From an uncultured archaeon (lineage in GTDB: Archaea > Asgardarchaeota > Heimdallarchaeia > Heimdallarchaeales > Kariarchaeaceae), in the NCBI GenBank assembly GCA_964645535.1, contig CAZYCQ010000070.1:1-14527 (forward strand): a stretch of DNA of 14,527 nt. Direction: 5' to 3'. Of this stretch, positions 7,313 to 14,527 are shown piece after piece. Below the pieces are notes generated by a model. The model was not told where the DNA came from, ran no database searches, and saw only the letters and a program-made list of their open reading frames with translations. How positions within the stretch are numbered: the stretch's first letter is position 1; each line of letters begins with the position of its first letter. The translations under genes were made by a program, and so were the position numbers.

Positions 7313-9949
7313 ATGCCAAAATTAATTATGGAAAAGGTGAAGCTGAAAAGGTCCTCAAAAATCATCAATTACCAGAAACCGGTTCTTGACCTTGCCTGCA
7401 ATATCACCAAGAAGGCAGACAGTATTTTTGAGGAGAAGCAGATTAATCTTGAGGATTTTTTTGGTACACCAAAAATAATTATTCAATTGGATCGTGACCC
7501 CATAAAGATTCCAGACAACCTAGAGGAAACAGAGGATATTGAAAAGTATGTCATAGAGTTGCTTCAGAATGAAGACCTAACCATTAAACTTGAAACCGAC
7601 AGGGTAGGAGGGATATTCAAATGGTATCCCAAAACAGACACCCTTCTTTTGGTTGTGGTCTATGGAGTCAATCCAACCAAGAACAAACATCATCTTCTGC
7701 CAACAACGGATTATCCAGTACGGTTGTTCCGAGCATCAAACGCTAGTACAGGAAATAGGGCCTCATTGGGAAAGATCTTGTTTTCTGCCATCAGTTGGAT
7801 GAAGGAAAATGAAAGAGAACAGATGGATCTCGACTACAAAAGATTCCTCAACAAATCTTTTCAGCCATTTCTTGATTTTCTATACTATGAAAGGCTTTCA
7901 ATCAGAAATCCAAAATACCGACCCCAATGTACGTACACCAAGCTTCCGAGTGACGACAATCGAGGGTATCTTGAAGTCAACGACCCTCCAAGACAGATTA
8001 CAGAAGGGGGAAACCAGATTGCTGCAAAGGACAAACAGGGAAACACATACTATTCTGTCAGGGTAGCAGATTATGATGAGCATGAACAGACGATCATAGT
8101 TGAAGACGGAGACAGAATCGAAGATTGGCCTGATGAAGGAATATTGTTTTTGGAAGGAGACATCGCCAGCAATCGCAGGAAAATGCAGGCAGTAAATCTT
8201 CTGATCAGTAGAACAAACCCGACATATTCCAAGCTTGCGGATCTGCTTATTAGACCATGGGGATTACCTCCTGCCGAATCCCTACCGCGATCCTATTTCC
8301 ATCCCAATATTTCCCATGCTATCGAGATCTCAAAGGGTCAGGCAGAAGCCATTGATCTTGCATTAAGCACGGATGATGTAGCCTTGATCCATGGACCTCC
8401 AGGTACAGGAAAAACCACTGTGATCGTTGAAATCATTCGACATATGGTGGCAAACGGAAAAAGGGTGCTAATGGTTGCCCCGACACATGTTGCAGTTGAC
8501 AATGTTCTTGAACGCGTTGCCCATGAGAAGGGGGTTGTCGCGGTCAGAGTGGGGGGAAGAAAATACATGCCAGATCACTTGAGAAAATATCGGCTACAGG
8601 ATCGGGTATACGATTTAAAAGACACATTGCCTTCGTTGCAGAATGCTAAAGGGGAAGATCCAGAACTAAAGAATCTTCAGGATGGATTTTTGGACAGGAT
8701 GAAGGAGAAGGATCAGCGATATTTTGAGAATCTTGTTCTTGATCAAGCAAATCTTGTTTGCGGAACAACAATTGGGATTGCAAGATTTTATGAGAAATCA
8801 ACCAAGAACCCAATCAATTTTGACATGCTTATTATTGATGAGGCAAGCAAGGCAACAGTCATGGAATTTTTGGTTCCTGCGGTCAGAGCAAGAAAATGGG
8901 TACTTGTGGGAGACCACAGGCAATTGCCACCGTATGTGAATGATCAAGAATTACGGATCTATGTGCAAAGATACTTTGAAACGTCAGAACAGGAGAAAAA
9001 GGATACAAATGGATCATTTGATGAACGTACCGATGAATTGGTCGGCCAACTCAGGAGATTCCATGAGGAACTTCATGCCTTAACGGCAGGTCAGACCGAG
9101 AACCATTGGAAAAAGATTGTTGAGTTGCTCAATTATGATAAGAGAGCCATCCAGTCGGTAGAAGAAATGGTCAATCTTGCATTGGGAAGTTGTTTCCATT
9201 ATTTCCTTCAGCGGGTTGATGAATCAAGAAATGCAAAATTGGTTTATCAACATAGAATGCCATCCATTTTGGCGAACTTCCTTGATGAAGTCATTTACAG
9301 GGGCAATCTTAAGACATCTACAGATGCGGCAGCACATGGATTTGTCCTTCCGAGGATCAAAAGCCTTGGCATCCCCCAAATTAAAGAACCAATGGTCTTT
9401 ATTTCCACAGAAAACTATCCAAATCCCCATGAGAGTCCTGGCAAGTGGAAAGGCTATCGGAATAGTGCGGAAGCGGACAGCATTGCAGAGATTATCTCGA
9501 ACATTATCACCATTGATGCAGAGAGTTTGGGGTTCAATGAGGAAAATCCAATGACAATTGGTGTCATCACATATTATGCAGACCAATCAAGGGAGATCAA
9601 TCGCCAGCTGAGGCTTCTTGATGGTCTAGTTCAAGAAAGAGGATGGAGATACAATGTACCCGGAAAGCCGATTAAGGTAAGGGTAAGTATTGTTGACAGA
9701 TTCCAAGGGCAAGAACAGGACATTGTCCTTTTGAGCTTGACAAGGAGCAATACACGAGGAAACATTGGATTCTTGAAAAACCTTCAACGGATCAATGTCA
9801 GCCTTTCGAGGGCGAAGCATAATCTTCTGATCATTGGAAATCATAGATTCTTCAAGAATCTCCGTGCACCAAAGAACAAACCGATCATCCTCAAAGAATT
9901 AGCCAAGTATACCCAGAAACACCGGCTTGTGAGAAGAATAAAATATTAG
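7313..9949 (+). CDS. Upf1/DNA2/NAM7-like superfamily 1B helicase (AAA_11/AAA_12 type)
   Basis: Q motif (SKGQAEAI), Walker A GPPGTGKT, Ia APTHVAVDNV, Walker B IIDEASK, III GDHRQLPP, IV QHRM, V VDRFQGQE, VI RINVSLSRAK. Start uncertain: TTG 7286, ATG 7313 or ATG 7328. Confidence 0.93.
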   Translation: MPKLIMEKVKLKRSSKIINYQKPVLDLACNITKKADSIFEEKQINLEDFFGTPKIIIQLDRDPIKIPDNLEETEDIEKYVIELLQNEDLTIKLETDRVGGIFKWYPKTDTLLLVVVYGVNPTKNKHHLLPTTDYPVRLFRASNASTGNRASLGKILFSAISWMKENEREQMDLDYKRFLNKSFQPFLDFLYYERLSIRNPKYRPQCTYTKLPSDDNRGYLEVNDPPRQITEGGNQIAAKDKQGNTYYSVRVADYDEHEQTIIVEDGDRIEDWPDEGILFLEGDIASNRRKMQAVNLLISRTNPTYSKLADLLIRPWGLPPAESLPRSYFHPNISHAIEISKGQAEAIDLALSTDDVALIHGPPGTGKTTVIVEIIRHMVANGKRVLMVAPTHVAVDNVLERVAHEKGVVAVRVGGRKYMPDHLRKYRLQDRVYDLKDTLPSLQNAKGEDPELKNLQDGFLDRMKEKDQRYFENLVLDQANLVCGTTIGIARFYEKSTKNPINFDMLIIDEASKATVMEFLVPAVRARKWVLVGDHRQLPPYVNDQELRIYVQRYFETSEQEKKDTNGSFDERTDELVGQLRRFHEELHALTAGQTENHWKKIVELLNYDKRAIQSVEEMVNLALGSCFHYFLQRVDESRNAKLVYQHRMPSILANFLDEVIYRGNLKTSTDAAAHGFVLPRIKSLGIPQIKEPMVFISTENYPNPHESPGKWKGYRNSAEADSIAEIISNIITIDAESLGFNEENPMTIGVITYYADQSREINRQLRLLDGLVQERGWRYNVPGKPIKVRVSIVDRFQGQEQDIVLLSLTRSNTRGNIGFLKNLQRINVSLSRAKHNLLIIGNHRFFKNLRAPKNKPIILKELAKYTQKHRLVRRIKY

Positions 9950-9951
9950 AT

Positions 9952-9956
9952 GAGGG
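9952..9956 (+). promoter_or_regulatory. Shine-Dalgarno-like site for the second gene of the helicase operon
   Basis: GAGGG ending 6 nt before ATG 9963, inside the 13-bp intergenic gap. Confidence 0.45.
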
Positions 9957-9962
9957 AACAGA

Positions 9963-11684
9963 ATGTTTTCGAGTACATTACGAAATTGGGCAAAACACAA
10001 CAAGGATTTTACCTCCACGCTTGTTCTCAAGTCAACAACACCAGTATCATTGTTCAAATTCACAAAAATTGAAGCCAGAACGAGAACCAAATTGGAACCT
10101 ATCGAATGGATGGTGTTGAAATGTGCAGATACCTTCGGTAAAGTGTCAAGGATTGAGGTTCACGCAATATCTGGATTTCAATTGCACATTATTGAGGAGA
10201 TCATGGAAAAACTTGAAGAATCAGGTCAACTCAAAATCGAGGATTTCGACAAGGAAATTCTTCACAAAAACCTTTCCCGTTTGGAAAATGAGCTAGGTGA
10301 TGGATGGAAAACACCTTTGGTTGAAAAGCTGCTTGAGAGGCCTATGATCATCCAATATTCGCTGACCGATTTTGGAAAAAAAGCCTTGAAAGGTAATTTT
10401 AAGACGCTTGAAGAAATAATCGACCTGTCGGTCTACATAACCGCTTCGCCATTCAAATTGTTTTTTGGAGACCTTGTGCTTAAGGCCCAAAGCTATGAGG
10501 AAATAGATGTGGATGCAGAGTTGGCAAATCGGGTCCTTTATCTTGCCCAGCAGGAAGGAAAGAAACTTGAAAATTCGATTGTCCCATTGGCAGTGACAAA
10601 TGAAACTGCAATCGCGGGTTTTGAAGTGGAATCGTCAAATTTCTGGTTGTTGCTTGATGTGGAGGAAGAAGACGACTTTTCCGAGGAGATTCCGTTTCTG
10701 CCCTTCATCACATCAATCGCATTTGTGAGATGGGATAGCCCAAGTGTAGCAGATCCATTGGCAAATTTCGTCAGACTTGAGGGAACCGTGAAGGAGGTAT
10801 TGAGTCAAGCCCTTTCAAAGCACTACAGGATAGTCAAGGATCTTATAGTCCAAGGGATTTCGCTCGAAAAGGATTCTGGAATTTGGACACTTGTCGCAGA
10901 TCTTGAAATGTTCAAGCTTATCAGAGATGTGGATCGGGAACCCATTGAGAAATACATTTCAGAAGTCGAGATAGACCTGTATGAAAACTGGAGGGTCAGC
11001 TTGTTACTCAAGCTTGAACCTATGGAGGAACTCGATGAAATATCATTATTTGTTGCAAGGTTCCACAGTAGGGTTGACAGACAAGGGTTTACGGAAGAAC
11101 AGGGGTATAATACTTGGGCAGAAATCCTGAATGAAGCAGGAAGAAAACCAAAAAGGAAGCAGTATAGAAATGCCTTGGATATTTTGCTTAAACATCGGGC
11201 AATTAAAGAAGAAAAACCCAAGATACAGAATTTGGTGGTGAATCTAGATTACTTGTTGTCCTATGCACAAAGGAAAAGACATGCATGGAAGTTTAACAGG
11301 ATAAGGATACTCGAATCTTTAATCAAACGAGCCAAAATCAAAAAGGTGTACTTCTACTGTACTGAAGAATTATTTGCAAAGATTGACGAGACGGATCAGT
11401 TTAATGAATGGAAGAAAAACGTCGACTTAAGGGTGGTTGAGGATATTGAAGAGAGCGTAAGATTTGCCGTGGATAATTATTTCCATTTCATTGGTATCGA
11501 TGAAGATAATGAAGAAGTTTTGGAAAAGCTCAACAAGAAAAAAGTGGATAAGATGAAAGTCGGCAAGAGGTTCATTGAATTGAAAGGGGACAAAAATCTT
11601 GAGATTCCAGAATTTGAACCGATTTTTCATTGGCTTCCAGAAAATATTCTCGATAAATTGTACAATGAATATTACTCAGATTAA
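9963..11684 (+). CDS. Helicase-associated protein: N-terminal winged helix, central unknown region, second wHTH-like segment, C-terminal degenerate PIN/NYN-like domain
   Basis: 573-aa ORF starting 13 bp after the helicase stop, with GAGGG upstream. wHTH pattern LEPIEWMVLK...VSRIEVHAISG...IIEEIMEKLEESGQL...YSLTDFGKKAL. The C-terminal alpha/beta region resembles Zc3h12a-like NYN. The CDS is secure, the domain calls are tentative. Confidence 0.7.
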   Translation: MFSSTLRNWAKHNKDFTSTLVLKSTTPVSLFKFTKIEARTRTKLEPIEWMVLKCADTFGKVSRIEVHAISGFQLHIIEEIMEKLEESGQLKIEDFDKEILHKNLSRLENELGDGWKTPLVEKLLERPMIIQYSLTDFGKKALKGNFKTLEEIIDLSVYITASPFKLFFGDLVLKAQSYEEIDVDAELANRVLYLAQQEGKKLENSIVPLAVTNETAIAGFEVESSNFWLLLDVEEEDDFSEEIPFLPFITSIAFVRWDSPSVADPLANFVRLEGTVKEVLSQALSKHYRIVKDLIVQGISLEKDSGIWTLVADLEMFKLIRDVDREPIEKYISEVEIDLYENWRVSLLLKLEPMEELDEISLFVARFHSRVDRQGFTEEQGYNTWAEILNEAGRKPKRKQYRNALDILLKHRAIKEEKPKIQNLVVNLDYLLSYAQRKRHAWKFNRIRILESLIKRAKIKKVYFYCTEELFAKIDETDQFNEWKKNVDLRVVEDIEESVRFAVDNYFHFIGIDEDNEEVLEKLNKKKVDKMKVGKRFIELKGDKNLEIPEFEPIFHWLPENILDKLYNEYYSD

Positions 11685-12944
11685 TGCGGGAAGTATTTGG
11701 GTTTTAACTTCTCCAAAGCCGACACGATAATGCTCGTTTTCGGCATAGGCAGTCATGATGACCGTATCATAATCTTCCAATGCCCTTCTAGTCTCACCAT
11801 TAGGAAGTTCAAGAGGTTCTTTGCCTCTCCACGTCAATTCCAATAGACAAGCCCGTGATTCCTTTGTGGGCCCACTTATTGTTCCCGTTCCACAAAGGTC
11901 TCCTGTCTGCATATTGCAACCAGTAACAGTATGATGCGTCAACATCTGGTCAATTGTCCAATAAAGATATTTGAAATTGGATTGCATAATCATAGCAGGT
12001 TCGGTCATGTTCTGCGTTTGCAAGAAGGTCTGCAAGGTAATATCAAAGCATGCATCAGATCCTGTTTTGAGGTATTCCATCGGCTCTGGAACCTGTTTTT
12101 CCCGTTCAGTACGAAAAGGCTCCAAAGCCTCGATGGTCACTACCCAAGGAGAAATCGACGTCGCAAAATTCTTTGCGGTGAAGGGTCCCAATGGACGGTA
12201 TTCCCATCCTTGAATATCTCGAGCACTCCAGTCGTTCAATATTACGAGTCCAAAAATATGATCAAGAGCTTCAGAAATAGGTATCGATCTCCCCAACTCA
12301 TTACCTTGTCCAATGACAAATCCCATTTCAAACTCAAAATCTAGAAAACGAGATGGAGAAAAGAAGGGAACTTCATGACCACCGGGACGAATCTGCCCCT
12401 TTGGACGATGGATATCTTGACCACTGAGGATAACTGAACTGGCTCGACCATGGTAACCGACAGGTAAGTGCAACCAATTATCTTGCAAAGCATTTTCTGG
12501 TCCACGGATGATGGTGCCAACATTAGTTGCATGGTATATGCTTGCATAAAAATCGGTGAATTCATTCACTTTGAATGGGAGATGCATAGTGGCATTGGAT
12601 TGAGGAATCAATGCATTTTGACGAAGTTCGGGATTGTCCCGCAATTCACCAGGTTTATCCTGTAAGAGATCAGACACGGTTTTCCTCACACGAGACCATA
12701 CATCTTTTCCTTTAGCCATAAACGAATTTAGAAAAGGATTGGAAAAAATCGGTTCATCAAGAATATCTTGAAAAAAGCCCTTCTCCTCAAGGAGTTGAAG
12801 ATCAAGAATATAATCTCCAATAGCCACACCCACCCTAGGTGATTTTTCGTCTGTTGAAAATACGCCATACGGTAGATTTTGAATGGGAAATGGATGTTTG
12901 GAACTATAATCAATGAAAGATTTTAGATTTGGATCTGTAGTCAT
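11676..12944 (-). CDS. fahA: Fumarylacetoacetase (full-length FAH with N-terminal domain)
   Basis: FPIQNLPYGVFS, DFYAS..HATNVG, YHGRASS, LDFEFEMG, NDWSARDIQ.WEY.PLGPF, GTGTISGP. Start reassigned to ATG 12944 (MTTDPNLKSF, 422 aa). Confidence 0.95.
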   Translation of the reverse strand: MTTDPNLKSFIDYSSKHPFPIQNLPYGVFSTDEKSPRVGVAIGDYILDLQLLEEKGFFQDILDEPIFSNPFLNSFMAKGKDVWSRVRKTVSDLLQDKPGELRDNPELRQNALIPQSNATMHLPFKVNEFTDFYASIYHATNVGTIIRGPENALQDNWLHLPVGYHGRASSVILSGQDIHRPKGQIRPGGHEVPFFSPSRFLDFEFEMGFVIGQGNELGRSIPISEALDHIFGLVILNDWSARDIQGWEYRPLGPFTAKNFATSISPWVVTIEALEPFRTEREKQVPEPMEYLKTGSDACFDITLQTFLQTQNMTEPAMIMQSNFKYLYWTIDQMLTHHTVTGCNMQTGDLCGTGTISGPTKESRACLLELTWRGKEPLELPNGETRRALEDYDTVIMTAYAENEHYRVGFGEVKTQILPALI

Positions 12945-13009
12945 TACTATTTTTGATTTTAGTTTTGTTTTTTTGTGTATCCATTCCATTGCTTGAAATT
13001 GGCATAAAA

Positions 13010-14428
13010 TTAGAACCATGGTTGGACTATCTTTTCACCTTTTTCATTCAACTTTCGAATGGCGAATGGTATCAGTCTAAGGGTTTCTTGGTCAAGGAAA
13101 ATGCGGTCATTCTTGCTTCGAATTAAACCGAGATTTGAAACGCTTTCCCGATTTTCACTCAATTTTTGCAACCAATGGAGCAAGGGAAATGCATAGTCTG
13201 CATATTGAGGATGTGATATTAGTTTTCCATCAGGATCATATTCCCGGAGAACTAGCTCACTTTCGAGTTCACGGTTGAGTCTAAGGAGAATGCCTTCAAT
13301 AAGAAGTGGATTGCCTTCATCCTGAAACAAGGAATAAAGAGAAAGTATACGTTCCATTTCTGTGAAAGTCCGTTCCAGCCATGTTCGAAAGCCATCACGT
13401 GGCCCACCAGGCATATCCGGTGCCCGTCCGGGTATCTTTCCGAATGAATTGAAGAAATAATCAATGTATTTTTCGAATTTTACATCTTTTTGTGAACCGC
13501 TTCGATAACGGGCGCTCAACCAAGTATTCATCAGATACCCGTCCCTGTTCACATTGGGAATCAAGGTAAATTGATTCCAAGAAAACAAAAATTTCTTGGT
13601 TTCCTTTACCAAGGTATACGCAAACAACAGCACTGTTGCTGTAAAACGAGAATAGACATCCGGATCCATCAGGAGATCATCAAGGAGAGTGAAAAACGGG
13701 CTGGGATCCAGCTTCGTCAGGATTTCCGATTCATCCCAATAAACCAGAAGACGGCCAAGAAGGTAAATCTGCCAAAATCCAAGGCGAGGATATACCCGTG
13801 CATCCTTGTATCCTTTGAATTTAGCAATCAGCATCTCCAATAGCCGCAAATCGTTGCTTTCTGCAAAACGGCTCCATTCCCGTTCTATCACCTTCCTCAC
13901 ATTTTTGAAGGAAGAAGGACGCACAATTGGATCTTCTTCACCATTTGCTAAACGGTCAAGGTAGAGCGGGTCTTTTTTTTCCTCAATCAATCGTATCATT
14001 GAATTCAGGAAATCGATCTGGGCTTCAAATGCTTCATTCAATATGTCCCTAAGCAAATCAGATGGATTAGGTGGATCCAGTCTGACCTTGAATTTGGCTT
14101 GGAAAATAAGAGTCATTTCCTTGAAAAGGAAACGGTTAAGTGTCTTGAACTTTGCAACAGACCGTACCCTTTGCTGATAGGATTCAGGATCGAATTTTCT
14201 TTTATAATAATTTGAGAAATCCCATTTTTCTGGAATTTGTGTAGGAGAACCTCTTCTCGGTCCAATAACTTTCTTTTTCTCTTTTTCTTGATCTCCCTCT
14301 TTTTCATTTGGTTGGGCATCCAGATTTGGGTCTTTTTTTGATTTGTCAGGTGGTTTGAAGTCAAGGTTTGGAGGGTTACCTGCCACAAGAGACCTATCAC
14401 CATATAGATTAAAAGGAAACCCTTCCAA
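13010..14428 (-). CDS. Hypothetical, largely alpha-helical protein with a charged low-complexity N-terminal region
   Basis: 472-codon ORF with no competing long ORF. K/E/D/P-rich segment at about residues 20-65 and one HEAT-like motif (LLDDLLMDPDVYSRFTATVLL). The TTG start is uncertain. Confidence 0.72.
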   Translation of the reverse strand: MEGFPFNLYGDRSLVAGNPPNLDFKPPDKSKKDPNLDAQPNEKEGDQEKEKKKVIGPRRGSPTQIPEKWDFSNYYKRKFDPESYQQRVRSVAKFKTLNRFLFKEMTLIFQAKFKVRLDPPNPSDLLRDILNEAFEAQIDFLNSMIRLIEEKKDPLYLDRLANGEEDPIVRPSSFKNVRKVIEREWSRFAESNDLRLLEMLIAKFKGYKDARVYPRLGFWQIYLLGRLLVYWDESEILTKLDPSPFFTLLDDLLMDPDVYSRFTATVLLFAYTLVKETKKFLFSWNQFTLIPNVNRDGYLMNTWLSARYRSGSQKDVKFEKYIDYFFNSFGKIPGRAPDMPGGPRDGFRTWLERTFTEMERILSLYSLFQDEGNPLLIEGILLRLNRELESELVLREYDPDGKLISHPQYADYAFPLLHWLQKLSENRESVSNLGLIRSKNDRIFLDQETLRLIPFAIRKLNEKGEKIVQPWF

Positions 14429-14527
14429 AAATGAAAGGTTGTTAACTCGTTCTTCTTAGATCAACTGCAAGGTGATACTGAGTCGGGGAATACTGACGGA
14501 TTTTTGTGTAGTTCATAATTTCTACTT

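Noticed and set aside
7313-9949. True UPF1 or DNA2 orthologue call
   Set aside because: It lacks the UPF1 CH zinc domain and the DNA2 nuclease/Fe-S domain, so only family-level assignment is supported.
9963-11684. PLD (HKD) nuclease as in canonical Mokosh MkoB
   Set aside because: No HxKxxxxD motif was found. The only HxK (HNKDFTST) lacks the Asp and lies at the extreme N-terminus.
12945-13019. 25-aa N-terminal extension of fahA
   Set aside because: It runs through an A-rich intergenic tract and overlaps the upstream gene. FAH similarity starts near ATG 12944.
14270-14345. T/C-rich low-complexity tract as a repeat or terminator
   Set aside because: It is explained by Lys/Glu codons of the minus-strand CDS.
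6678-14403. Remaining short ORFs nested in or antisense to the MFS, helicase, partner, fahA and hypothetical genes
   Set aside because: They overlap stronger CDSs wholly or largely, have atypical composition and show no independent start signals.
1-14527. CRISPR array, tRNA/rRNA, IS elements
   Set aside because: No spaced direct repeats, cloverleaf-like segments or transposase/integrase motifs were seen, and intergenic gaps are 160 bp or shorter.

Overview
Gene-dense archaeal-looking window, inferred to be from an Asgard (Heimdallarchaeia-like) genome because of a longin-domain protein, TATA-like boxes about 22-36 nt upstream of starts, an ADP-forming acyl-CoA synthetase and an F420-type LLM oxidoreductase. 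There are ten credible CDSs. On the minus strand, left to right: GT4 glycosyltransferase, LLM oxidoreductase, fused alpha/beta ADP-forming acetate/acyl-CoA ligase, a longin plus DENN-like protein, a 4-TM membrane protein and a TetA-like MFS transporter. Next comes an isolated plus-strand two-gene operon, then fumarylacetoacetase and a 472-aa helical hypothetical protein, both on the minus strand. The best candidate for a new system is the plus-strand pair: a Upf1/MOV10-like SF1B helicase followed 13 bp later by a protein with winged-helix domains and a C-terminal, apparently catalytically degenerate Regnase/NYN-type PIN fold. The layout recalls Mokosh type I anti-phage operons, but it lacks the kinase and the PLD nuclease. 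The second highlight is a candidate longin-DENN eukaryotic-signature protein apparently co-transcribed with a transporter. All domain calls come from motif reading by eye and need HMM or structure confirmation. No rRNA, tRNA, CRISPR array or mobile element was recognised.
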